Assembly (NCBI GenBank): GCA_001643675.2
Contig: LSRY02000006.1
Span: 186,001 to 250,000, forward strand
Direction of reading: 5' to 3'
DNA: 64,000 nucleotides
Origin: Monocercomonoides exilis PA203
Lineage: Eukaryota; Protista; Preaxostyla
The notes under the pieces were generated by a model, which saw only the letters and a list, made by a program, of their open reading frames with translations, had not been told where the DNA came from and ran no database searches. The position numbers and the translations under genes are program-made. Position 1 is the stretch's first letter; each line of letters begins with the position of its first letter. Below are positions 1 through 13,241 of the stretch, one piece after another.

Positions 1-1
1 A

Positions 2-1354
2 ACATCAAATAGACAGTTCGAAGCAACAACAAAGAACAAAAAGGGGAAAGTGAATGAAGGGAAGCATATGGAAGACATGAAAAATGAGAGTGTTGAAAGA
101 GAAGGAGAAGAAGGATATGAGAATGAGAAGAGAAAGAAGCAAAAGAGAGAGAAAGAAAGAGAGCAGGTGAAGAATAAATCAGAGGAAGAGATAAAGATGA
201 GGATCCACAATCAAGTTTGGAATGATGCGTTTGAGCGGATCAAAAGCAGAATAAAAGAAGACGACAAAGAAGAAGACAGAATTTTGTCTATTAACATAGC
301 AGCGATGCAGAAAGAAGAGAGCAGACAGAAAATAGCACTGAATGAGGAAGAGGAGAGGAGGAAGAGGAGGATGATGGCAAAGAAAAGGCAGGTGACAGCA
401 ACACAATTGAGAAGGATTGAATCAGAAGAAAGGAAGGAGGCGAGAGAGAAAGAACAGATGAGAAAGAAGAAGATGATGTTGAATGAAGAAAATGAGAGAA
501 GAAAGAAGAAGAAGAAGAAGAAGAAGAAAGTTAAGCCAACAAATAGAATAGTTGGAGGGAGTATAAAATTTGGTGAAGAAGAAGAAAAAAATGAAGACAA
601 AGAAGAGGAATATGAAAGGAAAGAAAATGTGATTGAAAACAATATTGAATTCGAAGAAGATCATGATGATGATAACGGGATGGGTTCATTGCTTATTCAT
701 TCGCATCAGTTGGCATCTGTTTCAGAAAGCGAGAATGAAACAGAAGGAGAAGCAGAAAAAGAAGAAGTTGAACGGTTTATGAGGAACGAGATGATATTTG
801 AAGAAAACGAAGAGAATGAAGATGAAGAGAATAAGATGGGTTTATTCAAAGAAGAAAGACAGGAATTCAAAGAAAACAGAGAAGGATTAATGAATGAAAG
901 AGAATATGAAAGCAGACAAGAAAGAAGAGAAGAATGTTTCGATACAAAAGAAGAGGAGTGGAATGAAGAACAAGAAAGAGAATTGGATTCAATGAAACGA
1001 GTAGAACATTTGGAACAACCCGAGCAGAACTTTCAGTTAATCACATTTGGAGAATTTGGAGCAGACAATTTGGAGGCTTTTTCGAATGAGGAGGTACAAC
1101 AGCAGATTGAGATTCAGGAAAATAAAACTCAATTGAAAGAAGATGAAGAGGGAGCAATTGATCCAAATGACTTGTTTCCTGACCCTCACATTATCACTTC
1201 ACAAGAAAGCGAAACATTTCAAAACGATCAAACAAATACAATCAATGAGTATCCTCACTATTCTCTTCAAGAAGACGAAGAAGGAGCAGCAACATCTGAA
1301 GATACTCTTCAATTATCGGTTTTACAAATGATTGGGGTGAATGAACCATGTTAA
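2..1354 (+). CDS. 3' part of a Glu/Lys/Arg-rich low-complexity protein of unknown function (5' end lies outside the window)
   Basis: The frame is open from position 2 through the GTG-started ORF 50..1354 and ends in TAA. Purine-rich codons, a poly-Lys run (KKKKKKKKK) and a repeated L(K/Q)EDEEGA motif. No recognisable domain. Confidence 0.7.
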   Translation, partial: TSNRQFEATTKNKKGKVNEGKHMEDMKNESVEREGEEGYENEKRKKQKREKEREQVKNKSEEEIKMRIHNQVWNDAFERIKSRIKEDDKEEDRILSINIAAMQKEESRQKIALNEEEERRKRRMMAKKRQVTATQLRRIESEERKEAREKEQMRKKKMMLNEENERRKKKKKKKKKVKPTNRIVGGSIKFGEEEEKNEDKEEEYERKENVIENNIEFEEDHDDDNGMGSLLIHSHQLASVSESENETEGEAEKEEVERFMRNEMIFEENEENEDEENKMGLFKEERQEFKENREGLMNEREYESRQERREECFDTKEEEWNEEQERELDSMKRVEHLEQPEQNFQLITFGEFGADNLEAFSNEEVQQQIEIQENKTQLKEDEEGAIDPNDLFPDPHIITSQESETFQNDQTNTINEYPHYSLQEDEEGAATSEDTLQLSVLQMIGVNEPC

Positions 1355-1465
1355 CATCTTACAATTTTTTTTATAGTTAGTATATATGTTTTGTATATGT
1401 GTTTATATTATAATTATCTTTGAATATGTAATTATCTTTCACCATTATATATTTTTTCCAATTAA

Positions 1466-4400
1466 ATGGATCAAAGAATAAATGTATTTGTCAGAGTTCG
1501 TCCACGTGTTGGGAAAGAAATTCTTGATAGAGTTGGAGAATGTGTAACAATTTATAACGACAAGCAAATAGGATTGGATGAAAGACACTTTACATTTGAT
1601 AAGGTGTTTGATCAAAATATTTCACAGGTTTAGCAGTTTCTAAAGAGTTTATAATAAAATGCAATGAAAAAATCAATATTAACATTTTTTAAATTTTTGA
1701 TGTAGGAGGATGTATTTTCAACATGCGTCAAACCTCTTTTGGATTCGTTTTTTTCTGGTGTAAATGCGACGTGTCTTGCATATGGGCAAACCGGAAGTGG
1801 AAAAACGTATACCATGGGGACTGGAATAACTTTTATGATTAATCAAGACCAATCAGAGCAATTTGGTATTGTCCCTCGAGCATTGAACGAGATATATAAA
1901 ACGATTTCTGAAAGAAAGGATACTTATCAATCAACTGTGACAGTATCATTTCTTGAAATATACAATGAAGAAATTTATGATCTTCTTTCACCAAAAAGTT
2001 CTGCTCAAAGAAGAAATATTCTTCAATCTTCTGGACGCAGCAGCGCCGGAAGTCGTTCAGATGTTCAAATAAGGGAAACGGCTTCTGGAGATATTACAAT
2101 TATTGGCGCAGAAGAATTGGAAGCACAAAGCGAAGAAGAAGCAATTGCAGCACTGAACAGAGGAGCAGTGCTGCGAACAGTGAGTGCGACAGGGATGAAC
2201 ACTCAATCATCTCGTTCGCATGCCATATTCACGCTAAATCTGGAACAAGTTGAGATAGGGCTGAATGGAGGAGACAATGGAAACAACACAGAACGAGGAC
2301 AGCGTATGACAGGGAGACGGGTCATCAACAGTAAGTTCCATTTGGTAGACTTGGCAGGTTCCGAACGGCAGAAGAGGACTGGAAACATTGGAATGAAGCT
2401 CAAAGAAAGTGCTGCCATTAACTCTGGGCTGTTAGCATTGGGAAAAGTCATCAATGCGCTCAGCAGCGATGAGAAGAGGCGGAACTCTGCAGCTGCCTCA
2501 AATGCCTCTCCATCGCCTGCACCTGTACCACTTCCCCCTGCATCTCCTTTTCCATCTGCATCTGCTCCTTCTCCTTCTCCTTTCCCTCCCCGCCCTTCTT
2601 CCTCTTCTTCCATTTCTTCATCCTCCTCTTCCGCTTCCACTTCATCCCACCGCACCCTCCACGTGCCGTATCGCGAGAGCAAGCTCACCCGGATGCTCAA
2701 AGACAGCATCGGTGGCAACTCACTAACATCTTTCATTGCTTGCATATCGCCAGCTGATTCTTCCTTCGAAGAGACGCTCTCCACACTGCAATATGCTGCC
2801 CGCGCCAGGCTCATCAAAAACACGCCCATTCAGAACATCCGCGAAGAGCAGAGCATCAACGAGGCAGTGAAGCTGAAAGAGGAAGTGGCTCTGCTTCAGC
2901 AGGCGTTGCAAGAGGCGCAGGGAAAGTTGTCACTGGAAGAGCAGCTGCGGAACCAGAAGACGCAGAACCTGCATCAGGAAGAGGAGTATGTGGCGCTGAT
3001 TGAGAAGTACCATGCGCTTGTGCTGGAGATGCAGGACATGCAGAGCGACTGGCTGGAGACGAAGGAGAAGTCAGCGGCTGTGGCGAGGGAGTGCCTTCGA
3101 TTGAGAGAGCAGAACGACAAACTGGCAGGCGCACTGAACGAGGCGATGGATGCGATGAAAGAGGAAGGCGGTTTTGAGGCGCTGTCGAAGGGGCTGAAGG
3201 AGAGGATTGTGGAGGCGCTGAGGCCGGTGGCGACGTCGATGGACTTCAGAGCAGTGGTGAAGGAGGCAGAAGAGATAAAAGGGAAGGTGAGGGAAGACAA
3301 GATGAATGAGGAAGAGAGATATGAAGAGGGAATAAGAGGAGGAGTAGGAGGAGGAGGAGGGAAAAGAGAAGATGAAGAAGAGGAAGAAGAAAATTTTGGA
3401 AATAGAGGCGATGGCAAAGTGAGCAGAAGAAAAGAAGAAGGAGGTGCTTATGAAGAAGAAATGATTCGAAATGAGGCAGCAAACAAACAAGGTGAAGGAG
3501 AAGATGAAAACAAAAGCAGCAGCAGAAGTCAGAGCAAAAACAAAGAAAGATCATCTTCGCCTTCTGCTGTCACTCCAAAACATCAAACAAACATGTCACG
3601 CTCTTCCTCTTCTTCCTCTTCTTCTTCTTCTATTGCTTCTTCCCCTCCTCCTCTTCTTTCTGCTCCTTCTCCTCTTGCCCCTTCTCCTTATCTTTCCACC
3701 CCTGTCTTATCACATCATCCTTACTCTTCTCCAAACCAGTTCCGCATTTCGCCTTCTTCTCCCATTTCAATCTCTTCCTCTTCTTCTTCTTCTTCTTCTT
3801 CTTCCATCTCCTCTTCCCTCTCTTCTGTCCAGTCAGGTGTCTTCTCAGCTGCATTAAGCGCAGCACAACGCCCATCCACTGCTCTTCCTTCGATGGGCAT
3901 CATCGAGTCTAACAAACCAGCCCCACTTCCTCCAATGCACCCTCGCCCTTCCACTGCTTCTTCTGTTCTTCCTTCTGCTTCTTCCTCTTCCTCTTCCTCC
4001 TCTTCTTCTTCTTCAGAAGTCCAACGCAAGTTCAAGTTCCGCCTAAGAGAAGGCAGGCTCATTCGTCATTTGGAGTCAGAACTTCACACAGCACTGCAAC
4101 AGTGTGGTGTGTTAAGAGACGAATTGTCACAGGCGAAGATGCTGTTGGAGCACGACAAAGTGATTTTTGCGAAAAAAAGCAAAGAATGCTACACGTTGCA
4201 GACAGAAAACAGGAAGCTAAAGGGAGAAGTGGAAGAGATGGCGATGGAGAAGATGGAGATGATGAAGAACGGAGGAGGAGGCGGAGGAGGCGGAGGAATA
4301 GGAGAGGAAGAGCCGAGGCTGATGTCATTGAGAAGCCAATCGCAGATTCTGAAGGAGATGATCAGAAGAGAAGAAGACGGGGATGCAGTGCTGATGGAAG

Positions 4401-5320
4401 GAGAAAAGCAAGATGGAGATAGAAATGGAGAAGGAAGTAATTCTTCTTCTTCTTCTTCTTCTTCTTCTTCATATTCTCCATCAACCGCAGCATCAGACAT
4501 TGCACTTCTACAAGAAGGCATAGCTCAGCTGGAAGAAGAGCGGAAGCATCTGCTTGAGGTGAATGCATCTATCGAAGAGCAGCGGGCGAAGATGGAAATG
4601 GAGATTGAACAAGAGCGAAGGCAGTTTGAGCAGCAGCAGCAGCTGTCAGAGAACGAGGTGGCTGAGCTGGCAGCGAAGATTCGGATGAAGGAGATGCTCA
4701 TCAAGAGGCTGGTGGCTGACAACAAAGAGGCGATTGAGCGGAGCCGGCAGAAGGAGAATGCGCTGAATGAGCTGGAGAAGGAGACGGCTGAGGCAAAAAG
4801 AGAGCTGGAAGAGGCGCTGAAGAGGCTGGAGACGGTGGAGATGGACAGCGCGAAGAGGACGCAGGAGACGAAGAGGCTGAGAGAGGAGTTTGCAGTGCGG
4901 ATGAAGCAGGCAGAGGCAAAGTACAACGAGCTGAAGGCGAAGATGAGCGAGGTGGAGAGGCAGAAGAGCAGAGAAGATGGGAGTGGGAGGAGGTTGGAGG
5001 CGCTGGAGAAAGAAGTAGAGCGGATGCGGATGCAGCAGTCGGTGCTGAAGGAGAAGATGAAGGAGAAGGACAGCAAAAGAGCAGAAGATGAAAGAGCATG
5101 GAGTGCTGAAATGAATGCGCTGCGGAAGAAATCGGAGCTGAGTGAGAAGAGGGCGAAGGAGCTGGAGGCAGAAAACGAGAAGCAGCGGCAGCTTTTGCAG
5201 CGGCAGGCGAGTGGAAAGAGACCGCAGCCAGCAGCAAAGCCACCAACACGGCCAAAAAGCGGGAAATTGACAAGAGGAGCGTCATTTGCGTCATCTTCAA
5301 GAAGTTCTTTGAGATCTTCC

Positions 5321-5351
<31 letters not shown>

Positions 5352-8228
5352 TTCCTCTTTCTTCTGCTGATGAGCAGTCAAAAGAAAGTAATGTTAATAT
5401 TTCTGTTGCTGGGAAGTCGATTGAAGTGGCCGAAAGAAAGAAGAAAGAGAAGCTGCGAAGCAATTCTTCTCCTCGTCTGCTGAGAAGATCAGGCATTTCA
5501 ATACAAAACTCATTGAACACATCATCTTCTTCTTCCTCCTCCTCATCATCATCATCTTCTTCTTCTTCTTCTCCTTCATCTCATATATCTCATTCATCAT
5601 CATCGTCTTCATTGTCTCCACTTCAGACACCTCGTAGCACTTCAACTTCATCTCGATTCACTTCTGTTCTGCAATTGCTCAGCAGACTCACTTCATCCGA
5701 TGCAAATGGCATTCCACGCACATCTCAAAATACAAATGATGTTTCTTCTTCTTCTTCTTCTTCTTCTTCTTCTTCTTCTTCCAATTCATCTTCATCTTCA
5801 CGTTTGCCTTCTTCTGTTTCTTCAAATCCTCCAGCATCTTCTTCCTCCTCCTCTTCTTCTCTTCTATCCACCTTCGCCACCACCCAGCAGCTGTCCTCTC
5901 TTTCTGTTCCTCAGCTGCAGTCAGCCATAAACGAAGCCCAGAAGCAACTAAAAGCAGCAGAAAGCGACAGAATTCAGCTGGCTGAACAACAAGGCGAAAA
6001 CGAGCTCAAAACAGCAAGGCGAATCGAGTCAATCAGAAAAGAGAAGGCAAAAAATGAGGCGACGCTGGGGCAGGCAGAAGATCGCATCATCAAACTGGAG
6101 GAGAAGAAGAAGAAAGGGAAGGCAGGAGTGGAGAGCCAGGAGTTTGAGCAGCTGCTGGCGAAGCTGCGGGTGTTGAGGACGAAGCTGCTGGAGGAAGTGG
6201 CGATGCTGTCGAACCAGCTGGAGGAGGCAGTGGCTGAGCAAGAGTTTGAGACGAAGCATGTGGCAGACCAGCTGGAGGCGGTGGAGGCGACGATTGCGCA
6301 CAAGAAGAAGACGCTGGGAAGGCTGGAGCAGAGGCTGGCTGAGGCGATGAAGACGAAGAAGGAAGGAATTGCATCACAATTGAAAAGCCCATCAATCAGA
6401 AACACAACAAGACAGATGCAAATGCAAATGCAGAGCCAGAGCCAGAATTCGTTTCAGATTCCATTTCATTCTTCTTCTCAGCCGCAGCTGCTGTCATCAG
6501 CCGAACAAGAAGAGGGGGCATTCAAAGAGGAAGAGGCAGATGTGTTCCGTCTGATGAGCCAGCTGTCGCAGAGGGAGATGGAAGAAGTCTCAAAACAGGC
6601 AATTCACAGAGCATCACAACTGGCTGTGCAGCTGAGCGAGGCGGAGCAGAAGAGGAAGGAGGTGTGAAGAAAGAAGGGGGAGGAGGTGGGGAAATGAAAT
6701 TATTGTGAACTTTATTTTTTTTAGCATTAAATGAAGATTGTGAATTGATTGAGAAGGGATCAGAATATCTTTGCTTTCTTGTTTATTTATTTATTTTTCC
6801 TCTTTTATTTCATTTATAACCATTTCTTCATTTTCCTTTTTATTTTTCCTCTTTCCTCTTTTTTTTTCATCCATTCAGGCGGAAGCATCGTTACAAGAGC
6901 TGAAAGAGAGCGCAGATCGTCTTGCAGCTGATTTGCAGCGTCTTCAAAGCGAAAACGACAGGAAAACAGTTGAACTGAATAAAGTTGAAGAATCTTTGAA
7001 AAAGGAGAAAGAGAAGGAAAAAGAGAAAGAGAAAGAGAAAGAAGAAGGAAATGTCAATCTCAAAATTCCTTCCTCTTTTTCTTCCTCTTCTTCTTCCTCC
7101 TCTTCCTCTTCAGCAGCAGCAGCAGCAGAGGAGCAGCTCCGTAAGCAATCGCAAGACATCTCACAGCTTCTGTCTCTTCTGAAGCACAAGGACGATGAAA
7201 GAGGGCGGATGGAAGAGAGAGAAGTGGAAATGAAGCGGACGATGAAGCAGATGAAGACGAAGATGACAGAGCTGCTTGGTTTAATAGACGATGGGCGCAA
7301 AGCGAAGGAGGCGATTAGCAGAGAGAACGAAGAGCTCAAAAGGGAAATGGCAAATCTGAAGCAGTTTTTGGGGCAGCAGCATCGGGTGGAGACGGTGAGG
7401 ATGTCGAGGAAGAGCTTAAAACCGCTAAAAGGAGAAGGAGAAGAAAGAGAAGAAAGAAAAGAAAGAGAAGAAAGAGAAGAAAGAGAAGAAAGAGAAGAAA
7501 GAGGAAGAGAACGAAAAGGAGAAAGAGAAAGAGAAAGAGAAAGAGAAGAAGAAGAGCATTTTGCGGTGACAGAGTCGCAGCCGTTTATTCCTTCGCATTT
7601 GGTGAAGTTGGCACACCAACAATTGGGAAGAGCCTCAAAAGAAGAGAACAGCAGAACAAAAACAACTTTTTCAACAAACTCATCATTCATCCCAACTCAA
7701 CAGCATTTGGCATCTGCTTCTTCTTCTTCTTCTTCTTCTTCTTCTTCTCCACAGGCAGCTCTTCCTTCTTCTTCTTCCTCTGGTTCGGTTTCTTCTGTTG
7801 AATCATCCTTCTGCTATGCAAATCCTTCATCTTCTTCTTCCTCCTCCTCTTCCTCTTCTTCTTCTTCACTTCCTTCTCTTCTTCAGAATGAAGATACAAC
7901 CAACGATATTGAGCCTCAACGCCAGTTCGCTCGCACTTCGATGCCTGCATTCACATTCACTCCTGTTCATTCATCTCCTCCTCCTCCTCCTCCTCCTCTT
8001 TCTGTGCCTTCTTCTTCTTCCTCTTCCTCTTCCTCTTCCTCTTCCTCTTCCTCTCCTTCTTCTTCTTCCATTTCTCCGATTGCCCATTCTCCACAGCCAG
8101 TTTCGCCTTCGATGCAGTTTGTCTTCCCTCTTTTGCCTTCTCTTCGAAGTTCTCAGTCGCATTTTGGGCAGAACGACACAATTGCAAATGAGCAAAGCAT
8201 CCGATACGAAGGAATGGGAGAAGAAGAA

Positions 8229-8262
<34 letters not shown>

Positions 8263-8435
8263 ACAATGAAGCCAATGAAGGAGCAAGAAGAAGAGAAAGG
8301 TTTTATGATGATGAGGAGGAGGAAGAAGAAGAAGAGGACAATCATGTGCTCGATGAAGGAAATGGCGCAAGAGTGATCCATTTGAAGAGAAGCGACAGCG
8401 ACGAGGAGTTTGATGAGTCGATGAGCGAAAGATGA
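1466..8435 (+). CDS. Kinesin-4-family-like (KIF4/KIF7/KIF21/KIF27 type) N-terminal motor protein. Three exons: 1466-1627, 1706-6661, 6879-8435
   Basis: Exon 1 reads MDQRINVFVRVRP...FTFDKVF. Motor motifs AYGQTGSGKTYTMG (P-loop), SSRSHAIF (switch I), KFHLVDLAGSER (switch II) and HVPYRESKLTR are present. GT-AG introns 1628-1705 and 6662-6878 are both phase 0 and join the frames. The stalk is a long coiled coil with poly-Ser insertions. Confidence 0.93.
7440..7555 (+). repeat. Coding tandem repeat (GAAAGAGAA)n/(GAAAGA)n encoding the EREERE... tract of the kinesin tail
   Basis: Directly visible 9-bp and 6-bp periodic purine repeat. Confidence 0.8.
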
Positions 8436-9213
8436 ATGTTTGCAGATGAAAAAAGAAAAAATTAAGATGGAATTTGAAATGATATTAATCTTTTTCTTGT
8501 TGAAGTCTTGTTCTGATTGATGAAGATTTGGAATGATACTTTCATTAAAAACGTATTGAAATCTGAAGAAATGAAAGAAGATATTACTGCTTGGCACAGG
8601 AAAGCAGAATCAGAAGGAGAACAAGGCCATGATAGTTTGTGTCACATTATGATTTCAAAGCAAGCTCTTGAATCAATAACACGTTTTTCACATTGAGAAT
8701 TCTCAATTGACAGATTTCAAAACATATTCAAAAAAAAATTGAAATTGTTTAAAATTTTTGCTTTATCAAATTCAACGCTTTGAATTCTCAATAATCTTAT
8801 ATCTATATTGAAGAATTGTCTTCAAAAAAAATATCATATTCTCACAGTTATTTTCAGAAAAATTGATTCAGAAAGTAAACAATTTCTCCAAATTTTTTAA
8901 AATCAGTTTTTTCTTTTGACTTTGGAAAAACACATATTGGCTCATTACTTACAATCACCACAAATTACACTTGAAGATATTTCATAAATCCACACGAAAT
9001 TCGCATTGGTGCATCCATCAGTCAATGAAAGATTCGATCTGAACAATTATTGCATAATTTTTAACATTCAATTTGAATATTTTTATTAAATAAGGATTTT
9101 ATCGTGTGCAATCTTTTTGAATCTTGTTTAATATTTAGCTTATATTTTTGAAATTGTGCTTTTTGTATTTTCAGAGCATTTATTTTGACTTTTCAAGCAT
9201 CTTTAAATTAAAA

Positions 9214-12200
9214 ATGGCATATCTTTCTCAAGAGGAGCAAATGGATCAACTTAAGTTGGACATGCAAAAATTAATTACTCAACATGAAATAGAAATTGGA
9301 AATTCAAAAGCAAGGATTGATGAACTTCGTTCAAAACTTAAACAAGAGCAAAATGCTCACAACGAAACACGAGCATTATATCTTGATCAATGTCGTTTGA
9401 TTGAATCATTGCAGGAACAGCTTCGTCAAGCACAGCAGGATGTACGCAAAGTTGAGCAAAAAATGCAAAAAGAAGAACAAGAAAGTACAAATGCTGTTGC
9501 AAAATTTTCTGCTCTTCAGGGGAAACTTACAGACATGGAAAACGAAATTTCTCAACTTAAAGATCAACTTGAAGTAGCTCAAACTAATGAAAGAGCGTAT
9601 ATGAAGGAAAAGATGGAAATTAATGAGAAGTGCAGAGAGATAATAATGTCATTGGAAAAAGAGAAGGAGACACGCTCTCAGATTGAGTTGAATATGGAAA
9701 TAATTGGAAGAGAAAGAGAACGGGATCAAGAAAAACTAAACTCTCTCTTGAATGAGAAAACAAATCTCAATCGGGAAGTATCTGATCTCAAAAAAGCAAA
9801 TCAAGAGTTGGTTATGAAAGAAAGAGATAGGATTCTTCAAATCTCACAAGAAAATGAAAAAGAAGCCGACTACATGAACCGCATTCAGGAATTGGAGAGA
9901 GCACTGCGTGATGAAAAGGACCAACGCTCACTTGAAACGACACAATATCTTTCTTCAATGGGAGAAGTTCATGAAAGAGCAGAAAAAGAAGCAGTTGATC
10001 ATGCAGCAGCGATTGCACGAATAAAAGAAGAAAATGCAGAAGCCATTCGCGCCATGGAGGAGCAAGCAAAGCGCAAAGAGGCCGAGTTAGCAGCGCAAAT
10101 AGAACAAAAAGTAGCAGATGAGCGGCGGAGGCACGAAAAGCAGCTTGAGGAGGAACGGGCAGCTGCGAAGGAAAGAGAAGAAGCTGCACAAAGAGAGCTG
10201 CAGAGTCGCGTGCTTGCTGTGCAGACAGAGGCAAGTCGTGTGCTGTACGCAAAGGAGGACGAAGTGAAGCTGAAAGAGGAAGAGACAATGAAGCAGCTGA
10301 ATGAAATAGAAGGGAAATATCGCTCTGAACTGGAACAAGCAACGAATGATTTCCAAAGGAAATTGAATGAAAACAATGAAGCTGTAAAGAAAGAAAGAAA
10401 AGAATTTGAAGAGAAATTAAAGCAGACTGAAGAAGCTGCGAAGCAAACGATTGAAAGTTTAACAGCTCAAAACAATGAAAGAATCAAAGAAATGGAAATA
10501 AATGCACAAAAATATCAATCTATGTTAAATGCATTGAAAGAAGAAAAGGACAAAGAAATAGAAAAAATGAATGAGGAATTGAGTGCATCCAAAAAGGAGA
10601 ATGAAGCTAATCTCAGAAAAATGAATGACGAATTGCAAAAAAGAGAAGAGGAAATATCAAAGAGGAAAGAAGAAGAAATATCACAACTGAAAAGCGAGCT
10701 TTCAGAAATGAAAGCGAAACGGGCCGAAGAAAGAGAGAAAGCTGGTGAAGAGCAGCGGAACATTTTGGAGGAGCAGAGAAAACTGTGGAAGGATCAATTT
10801 ATGGCACTTAACAGAGATCATGAAGAAGAAAAAGAGATGTTGCTGAAAGAGGAACGAGAGAAAGAGAAGAGGAGAAGAGAAAGAGAAGAGAAGATGACGA
10901 ACGAGCGAGAAGAAAAGATGAAAGCGAGGATAAATGCACTCGAAGATCAACTCAGAGAAAGTGAAGGTAGCCGGAATGAGTATGAAAGGAATGTGAAAAA
11001 CGAATTTGAGAGGAAGTTGAGAGAGCTCAACCAGCACTGGGAATCTGAACTGAGAGCGACAGAAGCCAAATGGAAGGATCATTCAGCGTCGATTGAGAAG
11101 CACTTCACTGCAGAAAAGGAAAAGCTGACAGAAGACATGGAGAGCGAAAGAGCGAACTCGCAGCTGATGAAAAAGTCAGCAGAAGAGGCAGCAAGAAGGG
11201 AGCAACAGATGAAAGAAGGGATGGAGAAGATAAACGAAGAGTGGAAGGCGGCTGTGAGAGAAAGAGAGGCAGAGATCGAAAGATTGAAGCAGAGATTCTC
11301 GAAGGAAAAGGAGACAACAGAAGTGATCGTCAGAGAGAAAATGGCGCAAATGGAGAATGCGCAAAAAGTGGCTGCAGAAGAGCTGAGAAGAGAACTGGAC
11401 ATGAAAAGGGAGGAGTTGGGGCAAAAAGATTTGTTCATCCAACAATTAAAACAGCAGGTTTGAGTAATGGAATTATTTTCCTTTTTTATTCTTTTTTTAT
11501 TCATTTATTAATTAAAATGAATATGCGAATGGATTTTCGTTCATGTAGAATGAGGCAGAGCGTGAGCAAAGCAAACAATACATTTCACAGATAAAGTCTC
11601 AAGCAGCTGTTGAGCAGCAGCTGAGGGACGAAACAATCAGAGAGATGAAGACTCAGATGGATGCTTTGATGAGAGGAGAGGATATTTCACATGGTGTGTG
11701 GTCTTGGGGGGAAATTTTTAAGTGAACAATAATTTTCATAATACGCACTTTTTATGAAATATTTGAGGCTATTGAAATTGTTTAACTATTTAAATAAAAG
11801 AAAAATGACACAGAAATTTTTGCATTGTTAATTTAGCATCGTTTATTTTAGAGAAAAATTGTATTGTAAGTTTTAGAAATTGAATAAAAAGAATATTTGT
11901 TATTTTATTTTTTAATAAATCATGTTTCATTATTTGATTCATTTCTTATGATGTTTCGTTTCTCTTTCATTCAACGGTTTTCTTTTTCAATCAGCTCCTT
12001 CTGTTTCATATCCCTCTGGATCTTCTGTATTTCCTTCACCGGGAAAAAGTACAATTTCATCCTATCAGCAAGGCCTTCCCCCTCCGCCATCATATGTTTG
12101 TATTGCTTTTCAAAGAAAATACGAATTTTATTTATTTTTTAACATTAACATTTGAAATCTGTTTATTTTTTCTTCATTCTCCAGAATGATGACGATATTC

Positions 12201-13093
12201 AGGCAAAATATAAAGAAAGACTGGAAGAGTTGGAAGAAGTGCTACAGACAATCAAGCAGCAAATGGATCGAGATGAAGAAGATGAAAGAGATGAAAGAGA
12301 AAGAGATCTTCAAATTTATGAAAGAATCGGAGATGGCAGAGCAATGAAAGAGATTAAAGAAGATAAAGAAGAAAACTACGATGACGAAAACGACTCTGAT
12401 GATGAAAGAAGAAGCAGAAGTGGAGTGAAAGCAAACATCAAAAATCCTAAACAGTCAAATGATGGTAGAGAAATGTATCAAACCAGGGCAACAAATGCGA
12501 TGCAGTTAACTCCTCCTTCAAATCCAACATCTTTTTCAACTCCTTCGTCTTCTTTTCCTCCACCTTCAAATTCTGGATTGTACACACCATATTTCACTAC
12601 ACTGCCACAGTCCATTTCATTATTCCCACAAAAACCACAAACAATTGAAGCAGAGCAGCAAGGAACGATGCAATACGCTCTTCTTCCTCCTCCGCCAAAT
12701 ATGATGGCTTCGAATTTGACAACTCCTAATTACATTACACAACAACCTGTCTATGCAATTGCGATGCCACATCTTTCATCAAATCCATCTGCTTCGTTTT
12801 CTTCTTTGCAGTCCACTCCACTTTCATCAACACCTTCTTCTGAAAAGCCAAAAACCACAGGAATTGAATACGAGCCTTTATTTCAATCATCAAAGCAGAA
12901 AAATGTAGAAAAAACACCCAATTTGCCTGCTTCATCGTCTTCACTTCAACACCCGCGCTCATCTTCATCGTCATTGTCAAATAAAAGGCAAAAGACACCT
13001 TCTTCAGCTCGCTCAGTTGGAAATTTATCTTCAAGGAAACAGCCTCAATTAAAGAAAAAAACATTGAAACAAACCCCAAGGATTTCTGGTTGA
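9214..13093 (+). CDS. Long coiled-coil (probably cytoskeletal) protein with Pro/Ser-rich tail. Four exons: 9214-11457, 11549-~11693, 11995-12095, 12185-13093
   Basis: ATG at 9214 (MAYLSQEEQ), then about 750 aa of E/K/Q/R-rich heptad-type sequence. Donors GTTTGA (11458), GTGTGT (~11694) and GTTTGT (12096) and acceptors ending at 11548, 11994 and 12184 join in frame through NEAEREQSK..., APSVSYPSG... and NDDDIQAK.... Confidence 0.8.
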
Positions 13094-13138
13094 CCAAAAA
13101 ATGAAATAGTATGTCAAGTTTTGATTGTCAAATTCAAT

Positions 13139-13241
13139 AATTTCCAAAATATCACCCATTCTGTAATTGTTGTATTATTTTCAATTTTTCATAAATTGAT
13201 TGCGAACAAAATGCAGATCAAAATAAAAATTTGCGTTTTTT
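13139..13241 (+). promoter_or_regulatory. Putative external promoter blocks of tRNA-like RNA copy 1
   Basis: 13195-13236 is 42/42 identical to the reverse complement of 19103-19144. 13139-13169 is 28/31 identical to the reverse complement of 19170-19200. The 25-nt spacer between the blocks has diverged but keeps its length. Confidence 0.55.

Noticed and set aside
13141-13159. Similarity of TTTCCAAAATATCACCCAT (upstream block) to the palindrome end TTTTCAAAAATAATCACCCAT (15843-15863)
   Set aside because: The match is short, gapped and AT-rich, so it cannot be distinguished from chance without a genome-wide test.
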